64,000 bases of DNA, from positions 1 to 64,000 of IMG/VR virus record IMGVR_UViG_3300010352_000284; one strand, given 5' to 3'. Position numbers and translations under genes: made by a program. The notes under the pieces are model-generated. The model was not told the origin of the DNA and did not search any database. It saw only the letters and a program-made list of their open reading frames with translations. The stretch comes from a virus (lineage: Duplodnaviria > Caudoviricetes). Positions 48,676 through 58,278 of the stretch are shown one piece after another (the stretch's first letter is position 1; the number at the start of each line of letters is the position of its first letter).

Positions 48676-51600
48676 ATGTCGAATTTGAATAGTTATACAT
48701 ATATTTGTTCTGCTGGATTAGCTTCTGTAACGTCAGCGGGTTCTCTCGGACCATATTTTTCGTTAACTCACTTCTTACCAATCTATGACTTTAGACTTGA
48801 TAAGAATATATGTGATACTTCAGCAATTAATGTTAGTTCATTAAATTATACATCAGCAACACATTCTTCTTTGAGTGGTTTCGAAACAATATATAACAAT
48901 TCAGAGTTGTCAGGTTTTGGTTCATATGAAATAAAAGAATTCAATGCTTTATATTATAAAAATGTTAGTGGTACTGGACCTTTATTCACGGGAAGCCTAC
49001 AGAAAACAGGATCCAATAAAGTAAATTCACTTTCTGGAAAAGTTCTTCAGCCTCTTGTTTCGGCTACGTCATTCATAAGCACTACGGCACCAGGAAATCT
49101 TAGCGCAGTTGGTTCTTATCAACTTCTTACTAATGGTAATGTTTTGTCTTGGAACCCATTATCTGCTAGCTCAACTTCATGGAATTTTAGAAATTTGTAT
49201 CGAGTAGTTTCATATTCTCCAAATGCAAATACTACTCCAGGAATATGTAAAGGAAATTATAAATGCCGCATCCCAGCAGGAACAGGCTCTTTCAAATTTA
49301 ACATGCTCGCAATATATGCGACAAGAGTTAATGAATATGGATATTATGATCCAGGAGTTGTTGGTTCTCCTTACAATCCAACATTATTTGCAATAGTATG
49401 CTTTGATACTCCTCAAGAAAAATATGATGCTGCGGGTTCAATGAATGCTTTTGAAGCGAATGTTGAACTACAATTTTCATTACAATCTTCAGCAGCTTCT
49501 CCAGTTTATTTAAATACAGATTATTTTACAAGAATTCCAACATCAAACGTTACATCTGCTTATGCTTTGAATTATGATGGAGATGTTGTTATTTCTTGCT
49601 CAGCCAATCCAGGATCTTGGGTTCCTAAAGCAAAACTAACAGTTACAGATTCTGAAAAAAATCAACTTCATTTGGCGTATGATGGTTTAAGATATACTGA
49701 TATAACAACAAAAAGTTTTGCACCATATCCAACATATCCTCCAACAGCAAATATGTCAGTTTTAGATATTGATACAGCTTGCCCAGATGACGCTCTGATA
49801 CAAGCTGGCCCAAATTGTGAAGCTACGGGAATTAAATCAATTGCTCTTGGGTGCTATTCATCAGCAACAGGATATGCGGACAATACTCCAATCGATTTCG
49901 GAAATACTGAACCGGATCCAATAACATTGTATCAAAGTGGTAGAGGTGGATATACATTCGCATATGGTGTTGAAAACTTATCACAGGGATTAGCATCTAC
50001 AACATTTGGTTATGGTAACAGTGCTATTGGTTTTGGATCATTTGCAGGAGGACATTTATCATTAGCTTCTTCTGATATGAATTCTGTCAGCATTTATTAT
50101 TCTGCTCCATCCGATGGTTTGAATTTCGCATATGGTTTCAAAACATCAGCGGTTGGGGATTCTGATAATATAAATCCCGATGGCACAAGTTTATCAAGTA
50201 TTTGGACTTGGCTAAATAATGTTTCAATTTACGGAGGCAATGCTGCATTAAATGTTCAAACGTTAGCAAAAGGAAATGCGAACGTTTCTTTGAACATGAA
50301 TACAACGACTTATGGAACTTGTAATTTTGCAACAGGTTTCAGAACATCAGCAATTGGTAATATAAACGTTGCTACAGGAATAAATACGCTTGCAAAAAAT
50401 ATTTTATCACAGGCTCATGGTGATAGTACATCGGCTTTAAGTATAATGTCTTATGCGTATGCTGGAAATGCAATTGCTGATGAAAAAGCAAAAGGTTCGT
50501 TTACATTTGGCGGTCCATCAATTCAAGGATCAGGCAATGAAACATATTCAATAATAATTCCGGGATACAGATATATATCAATTAGTAATGGCGAAGATAG
50601 TGTTCAGGATTTTAGTCATTATAGTATTTCAATTTCTCAATATGAAAAAACATATAATAACTCTGTTGGCAGTTTTGTATTTGGATTAGCATCATCTGCA
50701 ACAGACACATCAAATCATTCAATACTATTTGGAATTAAAAATAAAATATCTGGGCAAAATTCGAAAGTATTTGGAAATATGAACGATGTGTCATATTCTT
50801 CAGACTATTCCAGCATATTTGGCGAATCTAATGCATTATCATATACAAGTTATTCGCATATTATTGGATCTCTTAATAGTGAAACATACTCATCATTTTC
50901 AAATATTGTTGGTAATCGTAATATTTTAACAGCATCCCAATACAATACTATTCTTGGGTTTACAAATCAGTTAACAAATTCAGATCAAATAAATGTTCTT
51001 GGTTCTAATAATATAGCTTCGGATGATATACGTTCAACTTACATAGGATTTAATAATATAGGGTCTCAAAATAATTATTCATACACTCTTGGACGAAATA
51101 ACTCAATAATATCAGCCACAAATTGTTATACTGTTGGAGTTGGTAACACAATTTATAATAGTGTAAATTCCTTCGCGATTGGAAATTCTGTTACGGCTGC
51201 AAATGTTACGAATTCTGTTAGTATTGGTTTTGGTTCAGTTTCGACCGTTTCAAATTCCGTAAATATCGGTTCTTGCAATCTATCGGAACTTAATTTAAAA
51301 TCCCCGGTAATCAATATTGACGCAAAATCTTGTAATCTTGGAACCAGTACTTCAATCTCTATCAAAGCCGACAAAATTACTCTTGATGGCTATACTGGAA
51401 ATATCGAAAAGTATAAATACGCTGTTGGATACAGTAGATATCGTTTTCCGCAAGGAAGCGAGGCTAATATAAAAATTTGTAAAATGCGATGTGATGAATT
51501 CTCTGGAAAAGTTGAAACTTGCTGGTTGAACATTTCTCACGAACCTGGAAAACAATTTTATTGCTTTATTACAAACGATCCTTCTGCAATAAGGCCGTCG

Positions 51601-52134
51601 ACTCCAACATCTCCATTTTCTTATGACCTAGTTAAGTATGTCATGTTCAATCCAACAACATTTAAATTTTTTATAGGTACGGATGATTCGAATATGGATG
51701 AATACTTTAAAAATGGATATGTATTATTAATGTATTCTGAAACGAATGTTCTTGACCCAATAGTTGATTATTATTTATTTAATGATGTTAATAAATTTTA
51801 TGGATATGTGATAGCTAAAGATTCAAGCAATGATACTCATGATTATATTCATTCGACATGTAAATTTAATGAAAATGGGCAATCATTTACATCTGATGCT
51901 GAATTTAATATTGTCACTGTTACTGACACCGCTAGGGATGTATATTTAACATTTATTTCACGGTCTGGTCAAACACAAACGTCTGATACAATTGGACATG
52001 GGAATTTTTCAGATTATCGTATATTTACAACGTCGAATGGATGTTATATAAATTATCTGTCTGGAAAACGGTCGAAGGATTGGGATGCTTTCTCAAATAA
52101 TAGTACTATTAGAGCCGGAATGCTTCTTGGATAA
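48676..52134 (+). CDS. Baseplate-anchored tail fibre with tail-collar-like N-terminus and YadA-head-like beta-roll repeats
   Basis: N-terminal ..AGL.....G....LTHF / F.F.ML.IY / LFAI pattern; repeated x(A/G)xG.N.xxG 14-residue motifs. Confidence 0.65.
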   Translation: MSNLNSYTYICSAGLASVTSAGSLGPYFSLTHFLPIYDFRLDKNICDTSAINVSSLNYTSATHSSLSGFETIYNNSELSGFGSYEIKEFNALYYKNVSGTGPLFTGSLQKTGSNKVNSLSGKVLQPLVSATSFISTTAPGNLSAVGSYQLLTNGNVLSWNPLSASSTSWNFRNLYRVVSYSPNANTTPGICKGNYKCRIPAGTGSFKFNMLAIYATRVNEYGYYDPGVVGSPYNPTLFAIVCFDTPQEKYDAAGSMNAFEANVELQFSLQSSAASPVYLNTDYFTRIPTSNVTSAYALNYDGDVVISCSANPGSWVPKAKLTVTDSEKNQLHLAYDGLRYTDITTKSFAPYPTYPPTANMSVLDIDTACPDDALIQAGPNCEATGIKSIALGCYSSATGYADNTPIDFGNTEPDPITLYQSGRGGYTFAYGVENLSQGLASTTFGYGNSAIGFGSFAGGHLSLASSDMNSVSIYYSAPSDGLNFAYGFKTSAVGDSDNINPDGTSLSSIWTWLNNVSIYGGNAALNVQTLAKGNANVSLNMNTTTYGTCNFATGFRTSAIGNINVATGINTLAKNILSQAHGDSTSALSIMSYAYAGNAIADEKAKGSFTFGGPSIQGSGNETYSIIIPGYRYISISNGEDSVQDFSHYSISISQYEKTYNNSVGSFVFGLASSATDTSNHSILFGIKNKISGQNSKVFGNMNDVSYSSDYSSIFGESNALSYTSYSHIIGSLNSETYSSFSNIVGNRNILTASQYNTILGFTNQLTNSDQINVLGSNNIASDDIRSTYIGFNNIGSQNNYSYTLGRNNSIISATNCYTVGVGNTIYNSVNSFAIGNSVTAANVTNSVSIGFGSVSTVSNSVNIGSCNLSELNLKSPVINIDAKSCNLGTSTSISIKADKITLDGYTGNIEKYKYAVGYSRYRFPQGSEANIKICKMRCDEFSGKVETCWLNISHEPGKQFYCFITNDPSAIRPSTPTSPFSYDLVKYVMFNPTTFKFFIGTDDSNMDEYFKNGYVLLMYSETNVLDPIVDYYLFNDVNKFYGYVIAKDSSNDTHDYIHSTCKFNENGQSFTSDAEFNIVTVTDTARDVYLTFISRSGQTQTSDTIGHGNFSDYRIFTTSNGCYINYLSGKRSKDWDAFSNNSTIRAGMLLG

Positions 52135-52136
52135 TT

Positions 52137-52583
52137 ATGACTTATAAAAAATTAGAAATATTGATACAGGTATTGAAAAAAATAAAATTGTCAGGCCCAC
52201 CACAAAAAAGATTGGTAATTTTAAATGTTTTGTCAGAATTAGAAAATACGAAAACTATTTATGATTCATTGAAAAAAACATATGAAACCGATGAATTTAT
52301 TGCTATGGAACAAAACAAATACAATTTTGTAAAAAAATATGAATCCGAAATAGGAGTTCGAATATATGGCATAACGGTATCCGAAGCAGATGTAAATATT
52401 GTTCTAGAATATATAAACGAAATGAACATGACCAAAATTTACAAAGAATATGAGGAGTTTGTTAATTTTTCAGAAACGGCCTTAGTTCCTGTGTCTCTTA
52501 TAAAAATAGAAGATGTTCCTGATGACATTTTTGAAAATTTGGAACCTAATGAAATAGAAATACTATCGGAAATAATATCATAA
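52137..52583 (+). CDS. Hypothetical protein (DUF1617-like, possible fibre chaperone), copy 1
   Basis: Helical acidic protein after the fibre gene; similar to the next ORF. Confidence 0.55.
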   Translation: MTYKKLEILIQVLKKIKLSGPPQKRLVILNVLSELENTKTIYDSLKKTYETDEFIAMEQNKYNFVKKYESEIGVRIYGITVSEADVNIVLEYINEMNMTKIYKEYEEFVNFSETALVPVSLIKIEDVPDDIFENLEPNEIEILSEIIS

Positions 52584-52602
52584 ATACAATAAACTGAAAG
52601 GG

Positions 52603-53091
52603 ATGCTTATGAAGCGTGTTGAATTGGTTGACCTATATAAGAAAATTGAAAAATTGCCAGCAAAGAATTACAACAAATATCTTTTACTTTCTATTATGAA
52701 AACAAAGATTCTTTTTAACCCGGAAATTAATAAGATAGTTGATAAAGAACGAGAATTATATTTTGATGAACGATTTAATGAATTTGAGCAAAAACGTATC
52801 GTAATAGTTCAATCGTATTCAGAAAAAACTGAGGATGGTACTTATAAAATTGATAATGGACAATATGTTATACGTCCAGAAAGTAATAATGATGCTCAGG
52901 AAAAAATCCGAGACTTGAAAAAAGAATATTCTGAAGTTTTATCTGAACACGATAGAAAAATATCGGAATACAATACTTTTATTAATGCTGATATTGATAT
53001 AGAAATTGTCAAAACTTCATTCGAGAATCTTCCAACAGACATGACTCCAGACGAATTTGAATTTTTATCAAGATTTGTTAAGGAAGAATAA
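52603..53091 (+). CDS. Hypothetical protein (DUF1617-like, possible fibre chaperone), copy 2
   Basis: R..IV..YSEK.EDG...Y.I...L..E.DI.I...LP..MTP.EF..L..F pattern. Confidence 0.55.
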   Translation: MLMKRVELVDLYKKIEKLPAKNYNKYLLLSIMKTKILFNPEINKIVDKERELYFDERFNEFEQKRIVIVQSYSEKTEDGTYKIDNGQYVIRPESNNDAQEKIRDLKKEYSEVLSEHDRKISEYNTFINADIDIEIVKTSFENLPTDMTPDEFEFLSRFVKEE

Positions 53092-53618
53092 TGTTACCAA
53101 ACGTCCAACATTCTGATAAGTGGCGGGTTATTTTTAGCAACATCCCCGGATTTATTCCTGGAAGCTATAACAATTTTACTAATTTTGATTTGTATGAATT
53201 GTATATTAAAACTATAAATTTCCCGTCGTTGGATGTTCAGTTTGTAGAATCTGATTTTAAAAACTATCATATAAATCATCCAATTTCAAAAATAAATAAT
53301 GATTTATCAGATATTACCATAACATTCAAACTTTCGGAGGATATGTTAAATTATCATTACATTTATAATTGGATGAAGGGTTTAAGGAATCAGATAAATA
53401 TAAACTCCGAAAAATACTTTAGGCAAAACTTTATAGATGAATTTAAAATAATATTTTTGGACAATGAAAAGCGACCAAATGTAAAATACACTTATAAAAA
53501 TTGTTTCGTGTCAAATATTAGTTCTTTGAATTTGACTCAAGGAATATCAGATGAATTGACCTTTGATGTAACGTTAATATATGAAGACTACGATGTTCAA
53601 TTTGTGGAACCTTGTTAA
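53091..53618 (+). CDS. gp3: Tail tube terminator/completion protein, T4 gp3-like
   Basis: INFPSL.V; DITITFKLSEDM.NY..IYNWM.GL; F.NCF...I..L.L....S....FDVT..Y. Confidence 0.78.
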   Translation: MLPNVQHSDKWRVIFSNIPGFIPGSYNNFTNFDLYELYIKTINFPSLDVQFVESDFKNYHINHPISKINNDLSDITITFKLSEDMLNYHYIYNWMKGLRNQININSEKYFRQNFIDEFKIIFLDNEKRPNVKYTYKNCFVSNISSLNLTQGISDELTFDVTLIYEDYDVQFVEPC

Positions 53619-53620
53619 TA

Positions 53621-53626
53621 TAAATA
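53621..53626 (+). promoter_or_regulatory. Late promoter (TATAAATA 53619-53626) 5 nt before ATG 53632
   Basis: TATAAATA-TTCCT-ATG. Confidence 0.65.
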
Positions 53627-53631
53627 TTCCT

Positions 53632-54144
53632 ATGAAGTGGTTATTGATTATTAGCGCATGTTTGTTAGTTTGTTCAATTCTTCTAAATGTATTGTTTGTA
53701 AATGAAAAACCTGTAATAAAAATTCAAAGAGAAATTCATTACATTCAAACAACCAGACACTCACAAAGTAAAAAATCGGATAGTTTAGTTACTTCAAATA
53801 TAAGCAAATACAAAGTCAAAAAACAGCAATTAGAAACAATGACTCCAAATGAAATAGAATCAACATTTGTTTCAGAAATCAAAGATACTAATGAACTTGA
53901 AATAATGAAAACTTGTTTAGAATACAAATATCAACATGAACAAGATTCTGCTAATTTTGAAATAATTAAAACTGATAGAGATAGCTGTAATGAGCAATTA
54001 GATAATATTGTTTCAAAATCTGATGCTCTCGTTAAAGAATCACAAAAGAATTCTCAAAAAAATTATTTGAAGGGAATTCTTCACGGCTCAGTTATAACGG
54101 GTGGAATTTTTGGACTTATTAAAATTGGATTGTTTATACTTTAA
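53632..54144 (+). CDS. Membrane protein with N- and C-terminal hydrophobic segments and coiled coil (possible spanin/lysis accessory)
   Basis: MKWLLIISACLLVCSILLNVLF N-terminus; GSVITGGIFGLIKIGLFIL C-terminus. Confidence 0.55.
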   Translation: MKWLLIISACLLVCSILLNVLFVNEKPVIKIQREIHYIQTTRHSQSKKSDSLVTSNISKYKVKKQQLETMTPNEIESTFVSEIKDTNELEIMKTCLEYKYQHEQDSANFEIIKTDRDSCNEQLDNIVSKSDALVKESQKNSQKNYLKGILHGSVITGGIFGLIKIGLFIL

Positions 54145-54164
54145 TTCTTTGGAGACACACTTAT

Positions 54165-54314
54165 ATGAAGGACACTGAAGACATAAATTGGAGAAACGAT
54201 GACTCTGAATTTGGTTTTGAAGAACTAAGTGCTTGGAGGTCATTGGACGATTATCCTGAAAGAGAAACAATATTCTTAGATGACCCAGAGGATTTGGAAC
54301 AGGATTTTTTTTGA
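54165..54314 (+). CDS. Small acidic protein (49 aa), not in the ORF track
   Basis: GGAG SD; MKDTEDINWRNDDSEFGFEELSAWRSLDDYPERETIFLDDPEDLEQDFF*. Confidence 0.55.
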   Translation: MKDTEDINWRNDDSEFGFEELSAWRSLDDYPERETIFLDDPEDLEQDFF

Positions 54315-54399
54315 AAAACTTATTATGACGAATGCTAATTAAAGAAGAATGGACCAATATCCAATTCTTCTTTTTTGTTTTCACCCAAAAGGAACCACC

Positions 54400-55380
54400 A
54401 TGGCGAAGCAACCGATAAAGAAAAATAAAAAAGAACAGAAGATTGATGAAATAAAAGTCACACCATCTGTTACGTATGTTGCTGATATTGATTTAATGAG
54501 ATTCTTATGTCCTGAAGATGTTGTTAAAATTAAGAAAACGTTTGATGTCAAAATTGATATAAAAAATGAACGGTTCTATATAACCTCTGACAATATTAGA
54601 AATTGCCGAAAAGCAGCCAACGTCCTTGAAAAACTATTTGATTGGTTTGATTCTGACGTGTTTGTGGAAGCTGAGGCTGTAGACGACCTGATAGATGAAT
54701 ACCTGCCTAAAATATATTCTGAAACAAAATACAAGAATATTTTCACGACTGTTGATGGACGCGAAATCTCCCCAAGAACAATTAATCAAGAACGTGTTGT
54801 CAAAACCATCAAGAACAAGAAGATTTCGATCATTGGCGGCTGTGCCGGAGGTGGAAAGACATTGTTTGCCTTGACTCTTGGATTGAAGTTCTTGTTTGAT
54901 GGTCGGTTCAATCAATTGGTCATCACTCGTCCAATTTCAACAGTTGGAAATTCTCTTGGTTATATGCCAGGAGATGTTGATGAAAAAATCCAGCTTTATT
55001 ACGAAACAATCTACGCAGAATTGTTTAATCTTGTCGGGGATAAAGTTCTTGCCCAAATGATCACAGAAAAGAAAATCGTGTTCACACCAGTTAGCTTCCT
55101 TCGAGGAGCAACGATGGATGATTCTTATATTGTGATTGATGAAGTTCAGAACCTTACGGAGCATGAACTGAAGACAATTTTAACAAGACTTGGAATTAAT
55201 TCAAAGATTGTTCTCACGGGTGATAGTAGCCAAGTAGATATTAAGAATGTGAAAGACACTGCGCTTGATATTGCTATTGAAAAACTATCAGACCTTGAAG
55301 ATGTTGGTGTTGTCAAGATGACTGAACACGACATTCAGAGGTCCAAACTTGTAGCAGATATTGTTAGGATGTTTGACTAA
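54400..55380 (+). CDS. phoH: PhoH-family ATPase with N-terminal KH-like domain (start revised to ATG 54400)
   Basis: PRTINQ, GCAGGGKT Walker A, TRP, GYMPGD..EK, LRGATM, IDEVQNLT, LTRLG..SK.VLTGD..QVD, RSKLV..IV. Confidence 0.93.
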   Translation: MAKQPIKKNKKEQKIDEIKVTPSVTYVADIDLMRFLCPEDVVKIKKTFDVKIDIKNERFYITSDNIRNCRKAANVLEKLFDWFDSDVFVEAEAVDDLIDEYLPKIYSETKYKNIFTTVDGREISPRTINQERVVKTIKNKKISIIGGCAGGGKTLFALTLGLKFLFDGRFNQLVITRPISTVGNSLGYMPGDVDEKIQLYYETIYAELFNLVGDKVLAQMITEKKIVFTPVSFLRGATMDDSYIVIDEVQNLTEHELKTILTRLGINSKIVLTGDSSQVDIKNVKDTALDIAIEKLSDLEDVGVVKMTEHDIQRSKLVADIVRMFD

Positions 55381-55997
55381 TGATTCAAATAAACACTGGC
55401 AATGAATTCGTTGATGATTTTATTGCCCATGTTGATTCGCAGCTCAAAAAATCGAAGAACACTTTGGTTTTTCATCTTGGAGATAATTTGGAGATTGACG
55501 GCTCTGATGTTGATGGGTATTATTGCGAAGACGAAAAACAATTAGCAATCTCGTATGATAGTGGGTTGTCTTTCGTTGGAGTTCTCGCCCACGAATTTAA
55601 TCATTTTATTCAAGCCAAAACAAAAACAACAAAGTGGCTCAATTTGAATTATAATGGTAACAATTGCTATGAGCTTTGGTGGGATTGGCTGAACAACGTG
55701 ATTGAATTGTCTGATGATGATTTAGAACAAGTTGTCAGAAGAGTCCAAGATGTTGAGTGGGAATGTGAAAATATGACTATTCCAATGTTAGAAAAATTCA
55801 ATCTCCCTGTTGATAAAGAAAAGTATATTGGTTCCGCAAACTCATATATTTTGTTTTTTCAATATGCCAAAACAACAAGGCGATGGTATGAACAAGGCGA
55901 TGGACCAGATAACGAAAACATAATTCGCTATTTACCAAAAGAAAAAATGGTAGATGAATACTATCACCTACCATTTGGTCTTGAACTATTGTTTTGA
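55380..55997 (+). CDS. Putative zincin-type metallopeptidase
   Basis: VLAHEFNHFIQ (HExxH) with downstream E in EWECE. Confidence 0.6.
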   Translation: MIQINTGNEFVDDFIAHVDSQLKKSKNTLVFHLGDNLEIDGSDVDGYYCEDEKQLAISYDSGLSFVGVLAHEFNHFIQAKTKTTKWLNLNYNGNNCYELWWDWLNNVIELSDDDLEQVVRRVQDVEWECENMTIPMLEKFNLPVDKEKYIGSANSYILFFQYAKTTRRWYEQGDGPDNENIIRYLPKEKMVDEYYHLPFGLELLF

Positions 55998-55998
55998 T

Positions 55999-56382
55999 TT
56001 AGCCATTAAGGAGAGTTATTGGACTTGCTCCTACCTTTTGAACATGGTCGGAGCACTTCTTCAATTCCTTCTCAATATTTTCTTTGGTCAATAGAAGCTG
56101 CTTTTGAGAAATCTTGAACACTGCTTCGTTGCTCTTAGAATCTCGGATCTTGAAAATCACATCAGTTCCAAGTGTTTCGATGTAAAGGTAGTCTCCAAAC
56201 TCATTGCGAACACCACCAAGAATATCAGCAGAATTGAACGTAACAGTCTCCATTAGGGATTTGTCCTTTGTTGAATGGGGTTTGAGTCCTTGACCATGAG
56301 CAATTATAGAAGGCTTAGCAATAGATGGTGCAGGTGCTACTCCTCCAGAGATAAAGTTCCCTTCTTTAATTGGATTCGTCAT
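55999..56382 (-). CDS. Hypothetical protein (start revised to ATG 56382)
   Basis: GAAGGAG SD and its own sigma70-type promoter. Confidence 0.7.
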   Translation of the reverse strand: MTNPIKEGNFISGGVAPAPSIAKPSIIAHGQGLKPHSTKDKSLMETVTFNSADILGGVRNEFGDYLYIETLGTDVIFKIRDSKSNEAVFKISQKQLLLTKENIEKELKKCSDHVQKVGASPITLLNG

Positions 56383-56404
56383 AGAAACTCCTTCGTGGGC
56401 AACT

Positions 56405-56433
56405 AATGTACTCAATTAATTCTTCCAAGTCAA
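56405..56433 (-). promoter_or_regulatory. sigma70-type promoter TTGACT-17-TACATT
   Basis: Canonical 17-nt spacer; shares GCTTGACTTGGAAGAA with the promoter at 62726-62754. Confidence 0.7.
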
Positions 56434-56439
56434 GCCCAA

Positions 56440-58257
56440 TCATCCAATCATTTTCAAAAAGTCGTTCAATGATACTACTTTGACTCCGAGACTTTTTGCC
56501 TTTTTTGATTTTTCGCTGTTTGAATTCACATCCTTCACAACGAGAATGTCAAGATTTTTGCTCACTCCACTTTTCTCTTCCCATCCAGCATTCTTGGCTT
56601 TTTGCTTTTGTTCTTCATTCAACCGAACTCCAGTGATACAAAATTTCTTATCACCAACAGTTTCAACTTCATCATAAATTTCCAGAATTTCACACGCATT
56701 AGATATCATTTCCAGCTTATCATGAAGTTCTTGAATGATGTTTGAATTGAAGTTTGATAGTGATTCTAGATTTGAAAATTCCCCTGTCCCATTTACATAA
56801 TTCTCAAACTTGAACCCAGAATTCACAATAGCTCTTGATGCTCGTTCTCCACATCCGTTTAAGAATGTTTTGTAAATCACTTTTGAATTGATTGGATTGT
56901 ACATAGCATCAAACAACATATCAATCAATTCCACCTTATCAGAGCCTATTCCTGGAATTTGTGAAAAATCAACCTCATCATCAAACAGAACCAAATCCAG
57001 AACAGAATGAATGTCAAAATAATCAAAAACCTTTTCCAGAGTCTTTTCCTTCAATCCTTCTGGGGCAATTAAATTACAGAACTTATACAAATATTCATGT
57101 TCAATGTTTGGGCATTCTGGATTGACACAAAACATGTGAGCGCCGTTGAACTGAGCAAGAGAATCGCAAACAGGGCAACGAATTTCCGAAAGAACGACCT
57201 CATCCCCGGAAGAAATGACCTCAGTGATGACAGGGATGATTTCCCCACTCCGAACCACCTTGACTCTGTTGTTCTTTTTCAGAGGAAATAATCCAAGCAA
57301 TTTGGCGACAGACATCGACCCAAGAGACGCACGGGAAATCAAACTGCCTGACAAATTCACAGGGTCCAGAGCGGCAACTGGAGTCAGTCTTTGAGCCGTT
57401 CCAATTTCAATCTCCAAATTCAAAACTTCAGTCTCAGCAAATTCGTCCTCAAACTTGAACGCAAACAATTCACCAGTTTCCGAATTCCTGAACACAATTC
57501 CATCACACTCGTATTGAGAATTCTCAACAAGATGCTTCAAATATTCCAATGTTACAGGAACACCATTGGCAAACACCGGCTTCTGAGATTCGACTGGATA
57601 ATACTTGCTCCAATCATAATCATATAAATTCTCACCAGTGTCGCAATCAATAAACGTGTACTTGACAGAATCAACATGCTTCAACACTTCTTGATAATCT
57701 GTCTTCCTCGAAATGGCTCCAGCAACAGCATTCCGGCTCGCCTTCTCAATATTAAATCCATTCTCAGTTGTGTATTTTGATTTTGGTAGCACTACTTCAC
57801 CACGAACAGCAACCAGTCTTCTCTCTTTTAGGAAATCAATCTTGTTTGGAACTTTATCACATTCGACAAATCTCTTGGTTCGAATGATTCCAATATTATC
57901 CGAACCACGAGTAACAATGTTTTGTAATACACCATATTCAAAATAATCAACAGTCGAATTTCCATCAAGCTTCAAAGCAAATGTCGCATTCTGGTCAAGC
58001 TTGGAAATCACTTCATCCAAATCCCTATACTTGTCAATACTTCCAACTTCAATAGGGTGTTTGAACTTTTCTTTCTCATCATCCGAAACAGAATATCCTT
58101 TTCCACAAGTTCCAAAAATCTCGTTACTTGGATCGAGAGACTTTAATTCATTGTAGAAAACATCATATTGCTGGTCAGACAAATCCGAAGAACCATTCTC
58201 ATAGTAATCCTGAGACGCTTTCTTTAAGATTTCAGTTAGTTCATTAATTCTTGACAT
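56440..58257 (-). CDS. ligA: NAD+-dependent DNA ligase with Zn finger and BRCT domain
   Basis: SD..YD..., KLDG adenylation motif, TRG, VRGEV, CDGIV, SRASL, RSGEIIP, CPVC...C.N..C, CITG...SGVSK.LD.LV. Confidence 0.92.
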   Translation of the reverse strand: MSRINELTEILKKASQDYYENGSSDLSDQQYDVFYNELKSLDPSNEIFGTCGKGYSVSDDEKEKFKHPIEVGSIDKYRDLDEVISKLDQNATFALKLDGNSTVDYFEYGVLQNIVTRGSDNIGIIRTKRFVECDKVPNKIDFLKERRLVAVRGEVVLPKSKYTTENGFNIEKASRNAVAGAISRKTDYQEVLKHVDSVKYTFIDCDTGENLYDYDWSKYYPVESQKPVFANGVPVTLEYLKHLVENSQYECDGIVFRNSETGELFAFKFEDEFAETEVLNLEIEIGTAQRLTPVAALDPVNLSGSLISRASLGSMSVAKLLGLFPLKKNNRVKVVRSGEIIPVITEVISSGDEVVLSEIRCPVCDSLAQFNGAHMFCVNPECPNIEHEYLYKFCNLIAPEGLKEKTLEKVFDYFDIHSVLDLVLFDDEVDFSQIPGIGSDKVELIDMLFDAMYNPINSKVIYKTFLNGCGERASRAIVNSGFKFENYVNGTGEFSNLESLSNFNSNIIQELHDKLEMISNACEILEIYDEVETVGDKKFCITGVRLNEEQKQKAKNAGWEEKSGVSKNLDILVVKDVNSNSEKSKKAKSLGVKVVSLNDFLKMIG

Positions 58258-58267
58258 GGTATCCTCC

Positions 58268-58273
58268 TAAATA
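58268..58273 (+). promoter_or_regulatory. Late promoter TAAATA 5 nt before ATG 58279
   Basis: TAAATA-GTAAT-ATG. Confidence 0.65.
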
Positions 58274-58278
58274 GTAAT

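Noticed and set aside
27475-52134. Extracellular contractile injection system or tailocin rather than a phage
   Set aside because: Terminase subunits, neck proteins, T4-type late promoters and replication-type genes show a complete phage context.
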